A stretch of 64,000 nt of DNA. Origin: the human T2T-CHM13v2.0 reference genome, Homo sapiens. How positions within the stretch are numbered: the stretch's first letter is position 1; the number at the start of each line of letters is the position of its first letter. Of the stretch, positions 1 to 17,720 are shown piece after piece. Under the pieces are notes generated by a model. The model searched no databases. It was not told the DNA's origin and saw only the letters and a list, made by a program, of their open reading frames with translations. Both the position numbers and the translations under genes were made by a program. The stretch is taken from NCBI RefSeq assembly GCF_009914755.1, contig NC_060931.1. One strand, 5' to 3'.

Positions 1-190
1 TGGTGATGGAAAGGTTCTATATATTAACTGTATCAATGTCAATATCCTGGTTGTAATACAGTACCATAGATTTGCAAGACATTACCACTGGGGGACACTG
101 GACAAAGGGTAGAGGCACCTTCCTGCATTATTTCTTACAATTGCATGTGACTCTACACACATCTCACAATAGGAAGTTTAATTTTAAAAA
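1..190 (+). mobile_element. Old L1 (L1M-type) 3' end fragment
   Basis: Resembles recalled L1M 3' UTR (gtcaatatcctggttgtaat...tttgcaagacattaccactgggggacactgg). Confidence 0.55.
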
Positions 191-299
191 TATAGATTAA
201 GAATTATAATTAATTGATCAATCATTAAGGTTATTCAGCACCCAATTCTGCAGCACACCACACAAGATATTTTACTTATGTAAATCTTAAAGCGTCCCC

Positions 300-1195
300 A
301 AAGTCCAGACTCAGTTTTGTAATGGCCTATTCAGAATCTCCACCTGGATAGCTAATAAGTATTGGACTCAACACGTTCAATACTGAGCTCCTGGACTTTC
401 TTTCTCCCCTCTCAGTTAATCTCACCTCTATTCTTCTAGTTGATTGAGCCAACTATCTTGCTAGTCCTCCCTCACTTCTTTCTTCCTCTTGCACTCTACA
501 CCTACCCCGCACCCCAATCAGCAAATCTTGGTAAGTCCACCTTTGAAATAGATCCAGAATCTGTCCAGGCACAGTGACTCACATCTATATTCCTAGCACT
601 TAGGGAGGCCAAGGCAGGCAGATCGCTTGAGCTCAGGAGCTTGAGGCCAACCTGGGCAACATGGTGAGACCTCTTCTCTACTAAAAATACAATAAAAAAT
701 TAGCCATGTGTGGTGGTGCTTGCCTGTGGTCCCAGCTACTACTCAGGAGGCTGAGGTGGGAGGACTGCTTGAGCCCAGGGTGGGTGGAGGTTGCAGTGGG
801 CTGTGATCACACCACTGCACTCCAGCCTGAATGACAGAGCAAGACCCTGTCTCAAAAAAAAAAAAAAAAGAAAGACAGAGGAAGGAAGGGAGGGAGGGAC
901 GGAGATCCAGAATCCCACTGCTCCTTCCAACCTCCAGGGCCACCACCCTTGTCCTAGCCACCACCGTATCTCGTCTGGATTATTACAAAGCCTCCATGCT
1001 ACTCCTACTCCTGTTCCTGCTTATTTTATTTTCTGTAATTTTTATAATATAATATACTATGCCTCCTGCCACAAGAGCAGAAGCTCTGTGGGAATTCTAC
1101 TTTGCTTACTGCTGCATCCTGGACCTTAAAACTGTGCTTCAAACATTGTAGGCACTCAATCAACATTTGTGAATGAATGAGCAAATCAATGAATA
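300..1195 (+). mobile_element. L2 fragments, interrupted by an Alu
   Basis: L2-like tctccacctggata...actgagctcctg and 3' tail ggcactcaatcaacatttgtgaatgaatga. Confidence 0.6.
562..870 (+). mobile_element. AluJ
   Basis: Dimeric Alu with A-tail; TSD agatccagaatc at 550-561 and ~903-914. Confidence 0.9.
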
Positions 1196-1627
1196 TTATG
1201 CCTTCGGTATTTAAAAAACTTCACGAAGTTACTTATTATTGTCTCATTTTTACAAGTGGGGAAACTGAGGGTCAGAGAAGGTCAAGGCTCTGGAAGGGAT
1301 GAGAGCTGAAGTTCTCCTATTCTGAGACTGACATTCCATCCACCCTGTTCTACCTGGACTTAGTCTCTTGGCTGGGTCCTCAGAGGCTGGACCTCTGTCT
1401 GATTGATCATTTTGGTTTTCAGCATCTGGGAATACTGCTTAGATATTGCAGAAATGCAATAAAAACTTGAAGAACTAATACAAATTTTTGATCATTTTAT
1501 GAAAATGTACCAAATTCAGTTATGAGTTTATTTCTCATTTATTTATTACCTCTATGGAACTGATGCCTTCATCCTTACAACTTTCTTCTGTGAGTCAAGG
1601 TGTGATTCTGAGATAACAATTCCCATT

Positions 1628-2288
<661 letters not shown>

Positions 2289-3009
2289 TCATATCCCCAT
2301 TTTACCAGAAGGCAAACTGAGGCTCCATTTCTGCTCTTCTTGGTGGCTCTGACTATTGGGTAGCACTGCCTGTCAGCAAACTAGACCAACTACTGCACAG
2401 AATACACAGGAACCTTTCTCGGTGCTGCGCTGTCTCTCTTGTGTAGTGCACTATAGAATCTTGTGATGAAGTCTTTCCTGTTGGATTTCCTTAGGCTGGC
2501 AATGAACAATTTTATAGCTGCCTTCTCTACAGATGCCCTGGTTTTGTTGCACATAATTTGCTCAGGACTGCATCAAATTTGGGGAGAATGCAGAGAACAT
2601 GATTGTTTGAGTGTACTTGATTTGTCTCTGCCTGGTAATTTGTTAAGGCCATGAAAGAACAACGTGATGCATGAGTCCCCTGCCTGGATCCATCGTCTGC
2701 TGTCCCCACTCATCAGCCTCCCAAGTGACTTGTAGCTATCTCGAGCACACACACAGAGCCACTGTCTCTATGAAGACAAATGTGTTTTACTGTGAGAGGG
2801 CAATGCTTTAGGGCAAAAAACACATTATAATCAAAAACAGTGATCAGAGGCTCAGAGGGCACTTCCTCACTCCGTTGTTTTTTTATTTTTATTTTTTTTT
2901 GCTGAGGGGACAGAATCTGTTATGAGCTCTTAGTCATAACATGCAGCACAAGTCAACCTGAAGCCATTAGCACTTACCTTCACATCTTAGCTCACTTACA
3001 TAAATATTC

Positions 3010-4366
<1,357 letters not shown>

Positions 4367-4430
4367 CTATTAGATGGGGGCTTTTTTGCCCCTACACTTC
4401 AAGAAATTCCATCTCGAAGAATTCTTGCCT

Positions 4431-4757
<327 letters not shown>

Positions 4758-4820
4758 CTAAAAAAGATGACCAAAATTCTGGATTCACAGATAAGACTTG
4801 GTTTTTCCCTTTCACATTAA

Positions 4821-5028
<208 letters not shown>

Positions 5029-5218
5029 AGTTAACTCATTTTTAATTGGACAGACTGGGAAAAGATAAAAGAAATTCATTATTGCCCTATTCCCTTACTC
5101 CTTCCCTCTGACATGCCAAGCAATAGTACTAAATACTCAGCTATTGCCAAGTACCCTGCCATGTGCCAGGCACCTTGCCACATCCTCCTCCCAGGAGGTG
5201 GGTGATTATATTCCCCAC

Positions 5219-5584
5219 TGTATTAGTTCATTTTCACACTGCTATAAAGACACTACCCAAGACTTGGTAATTTATAAAGAAAATAGGTTTAATTGACTCA
5301 CACTTCCATATGGCTGGGGAGGCCTCAAGAAACTTACAATCATGGCAGAAAGAGAAGCAAAGCACATCTTACATGGCGGCAAGAGAGAGAGCGTGCACAG
5401 GGGAAACTGCCACTTACAAAACCATCAAATCTCGTGAGAACTCACTACCATGAGAACAGCATGGGGGAATCCGCCCCCATTATCCAATCACCTTCCACCA
5501 GGTCCCTCACTAGACACGTGCATATTGCAATTTGGATTACAATTGTTGATGAGGTTTGGGTGGGGATACAGCCAAACCATATCA
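5219..5584 (-). mobile_element. MaLR solo LTR (THE1D/MSTA-like)
   Basis: tgtattagttcattttcacactgctataaag...gccaaaccatatca; inserted in a MIR core. Confidence 0.87.
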
Positions 5585-5639
5585 CCCCATTTGACAGATG
5601 AGGACACTGAGATGTGTGACTGTTTAAAACTTGCCCAAG

Positions 5640-6387
5640 GGAAATGAAAATTAAAACCACAATGAGATGCCACCTTACTCTTGTAAGAATGGCCACAATT
5701 TTAAAAATAAAAAAAAATAGATGTTGGCATGGTTGTGGTGAAAAGGGAACACTTCCAACGCTGCTGGTGAGAATGTAAACTAGTACAACCACTATGGAAA
5801 ACAGTGTGGAGATTCCTTAAAGAACTAAAAGTAGATCTACCACTTGATCCAGCAATCCCACTACGGGGTTCCTACCCAAAGGGAAAGAAGTCATTCTATG
5901 AAAAAGACACAAGCACACACGTTTATAGCAGCACAGTTCGCAACTGCAAAAATGTGGAACCGACCTCAATGCCCATCAACCAACGAGTGGACAAAGAAAA
6001 CGTAGTATATGTTATGTGCACCACGGAATACTACTCAGCCATAAAAAGGAATGAAACAATGGCCTTTGCAGCAACTTAGATGGAGTTGGAGGCCATTATT
6101 CTAAGTGAAGTAACTCAGGAAGGGAAAGCAAATACTGTGTTTTCTCACTTCTAAGTGGGAGCTAAGCTACGAGGATGCAAATGCTTAAGAATGATATAAT
6201 GAACTCTGGGGACTCGAGGGGGAAGAGTGGGAGGGGAGTGAGGGATAAAAGACTACATATTGAGTATGGTGCACTCTGCTTGGGTGATGGGTGCAACAAA
6301 ATCTCAGATATCACCACTGAAGAACTTACCCATGTAACCAAAACCCACCTGTACCTCAAAAACTATTGAAATGAATTTTTTTAAAAA
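5640..6387 (+). mobile_element. L1PB-like 5'-truncated 3' end
   Basis: ORF2 C-terminal remnant ([19 protein letters not shown]), 3' UTR and A-tail; TSD aaaacttgcc(c/t)aag at 5626-5639 and 6388-6401. Confidence 0.88.
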
Positions 6388-6895
6388 AAAACTTGCCTAA
6401 GAGCACAGAGATATAAAACATCCAGGATTTGACCCAAGTTCAGTGTGATTTCACAATCCCTGGAATTTGCTCCTTCACCGGCGAGAAGTCAAGCTCCTTA
6501 TCCATGGGGCAGCCCTAATTATAGGCAGGCAATCTTTGATTTCCTGCAGTCTCTTTATGGTTCCATTTAGCAGAGGAAACTACAGCATATTTCTGATACC
6601 CTGAAAAAGAGATTTGTGTGGCCAGGAGCCAGAGTGAACTTCCTTTAATATCGGAGACAGCTACTGGGTTTAGACCGGTTTCTGATTCAAACAAGCAGTT
6701 TGAAAGAGAAGAACTCCATCAATCAATAACCCAAGGGCACTGTCAATCAATAAACCAGATTAATTGAGCACAAATAGGTGACTTTTTGAACTCAACATGT
6801 TCATCTTTCTGATACGGGATTTTGGCTTTCAGAATACTATGGGAAACTAGGGGACTAAGCATGGCATGTTAAACACAGCCAAAAGATATGAAGAA

Positions 6896-7345
6896 GCCAG
6901 GGGTGGTGGCTCACGCCTGTAATCTCAGCACTCTGAGGCTGAGGTGGGCAGATCACCCAAGGTCAGGAGTTCAAGACCAGCCTGGCCAACATGGTGAAAC
7001 CCTGTCTCTACTAAAAATACAAAAATTAGCTGGGTGTGGTGGTGGGTGCCTGTAATCCCAGCACTTTGGGAGGCTGAGACGGGCAGATCACCCAAGGTCA
7101 GGAGTTCGAGAGCAGCCTGGCCAACATGGTGAAACCCTGTCTCTACTAAAAAGTGAAAAAAAAAAAAAAAGAAAGAAAGAAAGAAAATTAGCCAGGCATG
7201 GTGGCACACACCTATAATTCCAGTTACTAGGAAGGCTGAGGCAGGAGAATTGCTTGAACCTGGGAGGCGGAGGTTGCAGTGAGCCAAGATCACATCACTG
7301 CACTCCAGCCTGGGCGACAGAGCGAGACTCCATTTCAATTTAAAA
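6896..7345 (+). mobile_element. AluS with duplicated left monomer (trimeric)
   Basis: Left-left-right arms inside one TSD aaaagatatgaagaa. Confidence 0.88.
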
Positions 7346-7769
7346 TATATTATTTATATATATATATATGTATGCATCAAAAAAAGATATGAAGAAACTT
7401 AGCTGGAGAAGCAGTGACTCCCAGTTCTCCAGCCACCATTGACCACCTTGTGATCAAGCATGATTAAGACTACTGGGCCTTGGGGATGGGTCTTTGGCTG
7501 TCTTCTCATTATCATCACTTAAGTATAATGAAGACTCCAAAATCTGTATATCTGGGATAAACACTTTGAGTCCCAGAAATCAATATGCAAGAACCCACTG
7601 GACATCTCCAGTAAGATGACCTTCAGTTCTCATCACCATTCCACCCTATCCAGACTCCCTGTCCCTGGTCTCAGCGGTTGTCACCACCTGTACCTCATTA
7701 CCTAGTTAAGCGGCCACACACCTCACTCCTCACCCCCACATCCATATCTCATCAAGATGAATTACAGTA

Positions 7770-7970
7770 GAGACAATTTAACATGGTAGTTAATTAAGAG
7801 TATGGGCTTTGGAGTCTGATTAAGCTAAGCGGGAATCCCACTCTCACCAATTATGAGTTGTGTGACTTGGCCAAGTGACTTTTAATCCCTTTCACATTAA
7901 TTTCCCTCATCTGTATAATGGGGACACCAATGCCTCCCAGTTATTGCAAACATCAAATAGAATAACATAA
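7770..7970 (+). mobile_element. MIR
   Basis: taagagtatgggctttggagtctg...tgtgacttggccaagtgactt...cctcatctgtataatgggg. Confidence 0.7.
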
Positions 7971-8234
7971 ACACAGCAAGGGTCTGTATTTTTAAATTCC
8001 CATGCCAACTTCTCCCCAACTCATTGCTCCTTCCTCAGTCTAAGCCCTTTCCTTTCTTTTCCTTTCTCCCCTAACTATGCAAAAGTGCTTCTGGTTGTTG
8101 CCCCAGCCTCAAGGCCCACTTCTCTCAAATCCATTCTGCAAACCACAACCAATGCAACCTTTTAAAATGCAAAAAGGATCTCATCAGCAAGCATCAATAT
8201 ACCTTGTCCAGTCTTCCCACCAAAAGCAAAACAC

Positions 8235-8480
8235 TCCAGTGCTTTGGGAGGCCAAAGTGGGAGGACAGCTTGAAGCCTTGGATTTGAGACCAACCTGGAC
8301 AACATAGTGAGATACCATCTCTACAAAAAATGTAAAAATTAGCTGAGTGTGATGGCACACACCTGTAGTTCTAGAGGCCAGGAGTGTGAGGCTGCAATGA
8401 GCTATGATTGCACCACTGCACTTCAGCCTGGGAGACAGAGCAAGACTCTGTTTCTGGAAAAAATAAAATATAAAATAAAG
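8235..8480 (+). mobile_element. AluJ (truncated)
   Basis: Diverged Alu with A-rich tail. Confidence 0.82.
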
Positions 8481-9268
8481 CAAAAGCCCTGTGCAGTGAT
8501 AAGAATAAGAGAAGTCCAGTTCATGAAGCATGGATTAGCAACTGATGTTACCCTTTTTGTTGAACTCCTTTGACAAACTCCGTTTGTTGAACTCCATATG
8601 ACAAAATTTACAGATCTGTCTTCTCTCCAGAAAAAACATCACTACTCATAAACACACACAATATTGTTAAGCTCCACGGGTGCACAGACCCCAGGTTAAA
8701 AACTTCAGAGTTAGGCTGCTAGGCTGATCAACCACAGTCATGGAGATTCAAAATCTAAAACATTTTTCTTAACTTGCATACTGAGGATCTTCAAAATCTG
8801 GCAAGAGGCTTCGGCAGCAGCTCAGGGCACTTTTCCCAGAAAGAGTGGCACCTCTGAAGGGATCTTAAAGGGAGTAGCACAAAACCATGATCAATCATGC
8901 ACCTGAAACCCTCAAGTTTTACACCCCCAGTGGGTGCTGGCTAAGCCACTGCACTTGGCTATCTGAGGAGCCCCCCACACAGATGTAAGAAACACTAAGT
9001 TCTCAGATTTGTCTCCATGACACCCCTTTTCCCACTTCCCCCCACCACAGCACCAGATGGCAGAGAAGCAAGCTCTCCAAAGTCCCCTACAAATTGCACA
9101 GGGGTACCAGACCAAATTTTATGATCTATCATCCCTACGGTGCTTCTAGGTTCAGAGATGTTAAATTCCCACCCAGATGGTTGAGGTCTGCAACATACCC
9201 TGAGGCTCATTTCACTGGATACGAGCAGAGTAACAGCAGCAAAGCACACACCAACTGGCACCAGCTTA

Positions 9269-9598
<330 letters not shown>

Positions 9599-9683
9599 CT
9601 ATCCGTACACATGAGCATGTAAATGGTGGCACACTCCTGAGGCCAGCATCACCTGCAGTCCTGAAACCATTTATTTCAGAAGC

Positions 9684-9984
<301 letters not shown>

Positions 9985-10602
9985 TATTTTAGCAGCTTTA
10001 CAGGAAAAAAACACCACCACCACATACTTTTTTCACCATCACCATAAAACTTTAGTGGAACAAACAAACTCTTAATATTGAAGTTGATGAGTAGAGTTTG
10101 GAAGCACCACTGAAACAAAAATGGCCTTGAATGTTAACCAGATGATGTTAGGGAAACCGCAAGAGGAGTGAGAATAATCAGGGAAAAGGAACACTCCTGA
10201 AAATAGGCATGCTAACATCCACCACCAGCAACACGGATGGTTGGGCTCTTCCCATTTTCAGAAAGCTTCGCTCTTCAAACACCACCTCCCGCTTTAGAGA
10301 GGAAGGCAGAGAAATATTTCCAGTGTGCTCAACTCAAAGAGAGGCCAGTGTCACCCTCCATAGGGGAGTGAGTTCTGGTCAACCGGCCTTGCTTTCAGCC
10401 TCCCTATGTCCCATCACCACCGCAGCTCCTACCCAAGGAATAAGTATTATAGGACACATCTACTAACTTTAAAAGGAGATCTATGGACACGTTCCCTCCT
10501 GATCCTTGAGAGCATCACACGGAGGACTTGGAAGGCCTGCATATGCAGCCATCTGCAGATGTTTCCCACATCGAAACCCAGGTCTTAGAGGATCCTGGAT
10601 CT

Positions 10603-10995
10603 TTTTTGTTTCTTTTTTCTTTTTAGATTCGGGGGTAACCTGTACAGGTTAGTTACATGGATATATTGCATGATGCTGAGGTTTGGGCTTTGATGGAACC
10701 ATCACCCAAACAGTTAACACAGTACTACTCAAATAGGTAGTTCTTCAACGTGCCCTTTTCCTCTCTCCTCTGTTTTGAAGTCCTCAGTGTCTATTGTTTC
10801 CATTATTATGTTCCCGTGTACCCAATGTTTATGTCTCACTTATAAGTGAAAAGATGGAGTATTTGGTTTTCTGTTTCTGCATTAATTCACTTAGGATAAT
10901 GGCCTCCAGCTGCATCCATGCTGCTGCAAAGGACATGATTTCACTTTTTATGGCTGCACAGTATTCCATGTTGTATATGTACTACGTTTTCTTTA
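10603..10995 (-). mobile_element. L1 3' end (old L1PA/L1PB-like)
   Basis: Antisense L1 3' UTR; TSD agaggatcctgg(a/t)tct on both sides. Confidence 0.82.
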
Positions 10996-11635
10996 AGAGG
11001 ATCCTGGTTCTATCCCTCAGGACAATTCAAGGTTTGGAAACTATTATTGGTTCCTCTTCCCTCTCCTCTCTCTGGCAATTTAAGTCTGTTACCTCCAAAC
11101 CAATGAGGACAGCCACTGCGATACAAAGTGCTGAGGTTGAAGTGGGGGAGTAGGAAAGGTATCCTTATGCGCTTAGAGCTAAGACACAAAGAATCACAAT
11201 GGGTTGTCCAGATTCTTCCATTTACTGACAGGCCTCTCCAGTTAGAGGCATTTACATTGTGAAGTGGGCCTGTCCTGGCAGAACAATTGCATTGGACCCT
11301 GTCCAGTGTTTTGCTTCTCCTCTAAAGAGCTACTATTTGCCCCAGTGTTGGGGTGGTGGTCCTTTGTCTGGGTTTGTTCCATCATAATAAGCATCATCAT
11401 CATAACAATAACAATAATTACTATTCCTGCTATTGTTCCCATACTGTGTGTATTTGGCATGCAGTAAGTGCCCAACAGATAGGAACAATAATAGGAATAG
11501 TAATTCCTCACTTTGCATGTATTATCTCTTATTATCCCTATAAAGTATATATTATTATCCACATGGTACAGGTGAGAAAATCAAAACTTGTGGGGTGGTG
11601 AAGTAGGTCAAATGCCATGCATCTTCAACCATGCA

Positions 11636-11988
<353 letters not shown>

Positions 11989-12234
11989 TGACAAAGTTCT
12001 CTTATCAGAGGAACTAGTGTTCATTTATTCAACAAGTATTTTTGAGCAGTCACTATGTGCCTATCATTTCACTGTGTTTGTTCCCAGGGATAATCATGAT
12101 ATATTTAGGCACTGCCTCAAGGATGAAACAAATTCCCCCCAAATTAATGTCCTCCTGCAGGCTTCAAGGGTCTAGGCCATCCAGCCTTCCCTGTTGACTC
12201 CCCTCCTTTTACCTTGCTGAACTGCTTTGCATAA

Positions 12235-12650
12235 ATATTAAGTGAAATTGATGAGGGCCACTGGTTTGGACTGAGCTCCTGCACGCGGCCCAATAAACCA
12301 AACCAAAATGGAGTCCCTCATGCTAAAAGTTCCACACGACCGAGCCAAAACTAATTGGTTTATATGACCTTCTGAGAAGTCAGGAGACGGAGAGCTGGCA
12401 GCCAAACCCTAAGCAAGCCCATTTTAGCCAGCATGTGAAGGAAGTCCCTCTGCTCTAACCTTTACAAGGAAAAGTCGCTCTGAAACAATCAATCTGCTTT
12501 TTTTGTTTTCTGTTTCTGCTTTCCTCAGCCCTTTTCTGTCTATAAAACCAAACTTCTCTGCTCAGCTCATAAGAACACTCACTTTATAGAATGAGGTGTT
12601 GCCCAACTCCAGAACTGCATATAAAAGCCAGTTAAGATCTTTGAACAAAA
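12235..12650 (+). mobile_element. ERV1-class solo LTR (subfamily not determined)
   Basis: ggccactggtttggactgagctcctgcac...aaccaaaatggagtc...tctataaaacc (TATA)...ataaaagcc, typical of MER4-group LTRs. Confidence 0.7.
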
Positions 12651-12751
12651 TATATCTTCAAAAAAGGACAAATCTCCAACACTTTAAAATTATAGATCTG
12701 TCTGTAGATCCTAATCTGCTACAACACTTCCTGCTCAAAAATAATAAGCAG

Positions 12752-13375
12752 GATTTTTTTTTTTTTGAGACAGGGTCTCGCTCTGTTGCCCTGGCTGGAG
12801 TGCAGTGGTGCGATCATAGCTCATTGCATCCTGGAACCTGGAACTCTTAGGCTCAAGCAATTCTCCAGCCTCAGCCTCCTGAGTATCCAAGACCACAGGT
12901 GTGCAAGCACCACACCCAGCTGATTTTTTGTGGTTGTTGTTAACAACTTTTAAGTTTAGGGGTACACGTGCAGATTTGTTCCATAGGTAAACTTGTGTCA
13001 TAGGGGTTTGCTGTACAGGGTTATTTCGTCACCCAGGTATTAATCCTAGTACCCATTAGTTATTTTTTCCTGATCCTCTCCCTCCTCCTACCTGCCTCCA
13101 CCATCTGATAGGCCCCAGTGTGTATTGTTCCCCTCTATGTGACCATGTGTTCTCATCATTTAGCTCCAGATTACAAGTGGGAACATGCAGTATTTGGTTT
13201 CCTGTTCTTGCGTTAGTTTGCTAAGGATAATGGCCTTCAGCTCCATCCATGTACCTGCTAATTTTTGTAGTATTTGTAGAGACAGGGTTTTGTCTCGAAC
13301 TTCTGGCCTCCAGTTATCCTCCTGCCTCACCTCCCAAAGTGCTGGGATGACAGGCATGAGCCACCACGCCCAAGC
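12752..13375 (-). mobile_element. AluJ split at its central linker by an L1 fragment
   Basis: Right arm ~12752-12921 and left arm ~13258-13375. Confidence 0.82.
12922..13257 (-). mobile_element. L1PA (older) 3' end inserted in the Alu linker
   Basis: L1 3' UTR (ggtaaacttgtgtcatagggg...tttgctaaggataatggcc); flanked by gctgattttt/gctaattttt. Confidence 0.82.
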
Positions 13376-14106
13376 TAAACCAGGAAGTTTTTGAGTCATT
13401 TGTTACACAGTAATATGGCAATACAGGTCTGGATGTAAATTCAACACTCTTCCTTCTTGAGAAGTAAATATTAATGACCATGTTGATAGAGCAAATTTGT
13501 ATTTTAAATGGGTGTGTCCTAACTCATCACCTGCGATGAGTGGAGCAACGTTTAGATGCCCTGGATGCCACTGTGAAGAGAGAAGACCAGTGAGTCATTG
13601 CTGCTAGAACATGTTGCTAATATCAAATTCTTGAGTAGTCCCAGGGAACAGTTGAACCTGCTGCTGGCCAATTACTGCAAGGAGAAACAATAGTGTCAGT
13701 GAAGCCAACATCGGAATGATGGGTTTTGGCAAACTCCCTTCAGCATCCAGATGGATAATGTTCAACAACTCTACTCAACAGGTTAACTCATTTAGTTATC
13801 TGGGGGAGCACGATGGGGCTTAATTAGCTTACTAGATCTGTTACAATGCATTTCTGTTGAAAATGAAAGGTTCCCCAGGAACAAGATACAGGTGATTTTA
13901 TGACTGAGATAAACACGTGGTTACTCCTGTTCCTCAAATAGCTCAAGTCAAAGTCATGCTTTAAGATGCAGCAGGTTCTTTTGCATAACAAGATACCACC
14001 CTCTGCTTGCTATCTCATGCAGGGTTCTTAGAAATAAGAACCTAGGACACATTTTTCTAAAGCCAGTATTTAGATCACCTGTTGGGAAGGCTTTCTAAAC
14101 TACAAA

Positions 14107-14405
14107 GGCTGGGTGCAGTGGCTCATACCTGTAATCCCAGCATTTTGGGAGGCCAAGGAGGGAGGATCATTTGAGCCTAGGAGTTCCAGACCAGCCTGGG
14201 AAACACAGTGAGGCCCTATCTCTCCAAAAATAAAAAACAAAACAAAATTAGCCAGGTGTAATGGCACGCACCTGTGCCATTGGGAGGCTGAGGTGGGAGG
14301 ATCGCTTGAACCTGAGAGGTTAAAGCTACAGTGAGCAGTGAAGGCACCACCGCATTCCAGCCTGGACAACAGACCAAGATCCTATCTCAGGAAGAAAAAA
14401 AAAAA
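14107..14405 (+). mobile_element. AluJ
   Basis: Full Alu; TSD ctaaactacaa. Confidence 0.88.
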
Positions 14406-15978
14406 CTAAACTACAATGTACCCCCATCTCCTTGCATCTAGAAAGTCTAGTATGAGCACCTCTTTCCTCATTGAAAATCACCATCATGATAGCTTACTAT
14501 TACTAGAAGAAGTATGTTTTGAAAAAGTCCACAGAAATTTGATAGTGAGGTAAGGTTGAAAGCCACCAATGTGTCTGAAATAATACAAAATACTTGTATA
14601 TTAGATAATTTGAATATGGGGCAAAGAGTTCCTGCTTAAAATATAGTTGAGAAAACCATTCTTCCAATAGACACTTTAAGGCCATCACTGGAATCAGGTA
14701 ACTGGTGTTTAACTTTTTGCCTCAACCAATTGGAAATTTGCAGCTAATGTCATGCACATTCCGAGCCAATGTGTTCCTTTAAGGGGCTGTCATATTTTTT
14801 TCCTTCCTCCCTGTGTGTGGATTTCTATTTTCTATTTCTATTCTGACAGCCTTTGCAGTTGTGTTTTTTCTTTTATCTTATGATGCCTTGATCGCTTTGG
14901 AAACAGGCAGAATATAAATTACAAATTAATAGCATGAAGCTGGCAGGGAAGGTAGGTACTCGGGTTTCTTTCTTGGCCACAGCTATCAAAATGCATTTTC
15001 AGAACAACATGCGGGAAACTACTAGAAGACTTAGCAAGTGCCTCTTTAAGGAATGGGCCCTTGGAAGCAGCTACCATCAGAGAAATCCCTGCTCTGCCCT
15101 GCTAACAAAGCCTCACAACTCTCCACAAAAGATATCTTTCTCAAGGCTCAAAGGGCAGGTCAAGCCTCCAGGAGGAAGGTACCCAGGCAGATAAAAGACG
15201 TATGTTGTAAAGCTAATTCCCAGCTCAGGGCAGAGCTGTATATCTGACACTCCCCCTCTTATTGGGATGATGATGTGGCTCATTCATTGCGTAGGTTTTA
15301 GGCTTCCTCTGGAGGAGAGAACTTTGAGCCATCAGATAAGAGTTGTGAGCTTGTCTTCTTGTAACAGGAATGTTTCTGCCTCCTTCAAACCTCCTCTTAG
15401 AAAGCCTGTAGAGAGAAGTGTCTCCAAAAAAGGCAAGTTGAGTTTGCCTCTGGGATCCTGAAATCAACCGGCAAAAACGGGATAAAACAGTAGGGGACGG
15501 GGGACCTTCATTACAAGAAAACGTAGGATGGACCACATGGGTGGCAGGTGGAGAGGGCCCTCCAGAGCTTACTGCACAGAAACCAGCCCCCCTCCTGGCA
15601 TAAAGTCATGCTCATGGCCAGCCTTTCCTGGGCTGCAGGGCACCTCTCCTCTCAGTAAGGAGCACTCTGGGCTCACACAGAGCTTTAAAAATATCTCTCC
15701 ACCCACTGAAATTTGATTAATCAGCCAAGTGCTCACCCATGTGTCACAGTGGTGGCAGAGATATATGTGATGGTGACATGACGGGTACAAGGGAAGCACA
15801 CAGGATCTCATCTCACAGGGAGCAGGATTCAGTACATGAAAGTGAATGGCATGGGCTGTGCAGCCAGGTGGCAGCTTGAATCCCAGGTCCAGCAGATGCT
15901 GGTTATGTAACCTTGGACAAGGTTATTTAACTTCTGGATTTTTCACGTTTGCAAAAATGTAGTTAGTAACAGTACCTG

Positions 15979-16288
<310 letters not shown>

Positions 16289-16777
16289 TTAATAGTATAT
16301 GCATAATAGGATGATTGAAAAGGTTAAATGAGTTAATCCACATAAAACACTTTGAACAGTGCCTAGCACATAGTAAGCACTCAATAAGCTTTAGCTGTGA
16401 TGATGATTATGATGATGACAACAGTGACAATATTGAAACTAAAAAGTTGAATGAATAGGTAGGGATTTCCCAGGCAGACAAAGAATATGTCTGGCCCAAG
16501 AAGCTTAAACAAAAGCGGAGAAGGAGGAAGGAGCTCAAGGCAGCAGGGGATCGTGTGGAGGGTAAGCAGGGAGTTGAAGCAGACAAAAAAAAAGAAGGGA
16601 TTCAGCCACACAGGACTTCATACACTTTGTCACCAAGTCTAGATACCAGTAACATGGCTGTAGGCTGTAGAGAGCTATTTAAGAATGATAAGCAGAAGCA
16701 AAATGTTAAAAGTGCTATAATGGTTGACAATTTTAACTAATTCAGGGAAACAAAATAAAATTAAATTAATTGTAACA

Positions 16778-17047
16778 GGATGAGCATGGTGGCTCATGCC
16801 TATAATCCCAACACTTTGGGAGGATGAGGCAGGCAGATCCCTTGAGCCCAGGCGTTCAAGACCAGCATGGGCAACATGGCAAACCCTGTCTCTACAAAAA
16901 ATTATCCAGGCATGGTGACATGCACCTGTAGTCCTAGCTACTCGGGAGGCCGAGGCAGGAGAATCACTTCAGCCCAGAAGGTGGAGGATAAAGTAAGCTG
17001 AGATCACACCACTGCACTCCAGCCTGGGCAACAGAGCAAGACCCTGC
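16778..17047 (+). mobile_element. AluJ
   Basis: Alu whose tail is a (CA)n; TSD taattgtaaca. Confidence 0.88.
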
Positions 17048-17055
17048 CACACACA

Positions 17056-17094
<39 letters not shown>
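17048..17094. repeat. (CA)n microsatellite
   Basis: Direct read. Confidence 0.95.
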
Positions 17095-17098
<4 letters not shown>

Positions 17099-17475
17099 CT
17101 AATTGTAACATACTTCTGGGTATGACAAAGAAACTTATGCAAGAATAACCCTCCCACCATGTGCCATAAGCCAGGCACAATAAAACTGAACCAAATATAT
17201 GAGGCAACTGTTTTCAGGCAAATGACAACAGGCAGCACAAGATTACAATTGCAAGGAGAAGGGAAATTCACATGACAAGCCCCATGCTCGCCCTGGCTCT
17301 CTGCCTGGGGACAATTTCCCAACCACAATTCACGTAGTAGCTGCACGAACTAGAATCTGCAGGGTAGGACAGGAGAGAGAAGAACACTATGCAGAGAGGG
17401 AACATCAGAAGCCCATGTGTGGGTTCCCCATGAACATCTGGTTGAAGCCTATGTTATCCAGATGCAAGGTGAGAT

Positions 17476-17720
17476 TTTATTTTATTTTATTATACTTTAA
17501 GTTTTAGGGTACATGTGCACAATGCGCAGGTTTGTTACATATGTATACATGTGCCATGTTGGTGTGCTGCACCCATTAACTCGTCATTTAACATTAGTTA
17601 TATCTCCTAATGCTATCCCTCCCCCCTGCCCCCACTCCACAACAGGCCCCAGTGTGTGATGTTCCTCTTCCTGTATCCATGTGTTCTCATTGTTCAATTC
17701 CCACCTATGAGTGAGAACAT
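17476..17720 (-). mobile_element. L1PA (young) 3' end, ~250 bp
   Basis: tatactttaagttttagggtacatgtgcac...; TSD atgcaaggtgagatttta at 17462-17479 and 17719-17736. Confidence 0.92.
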
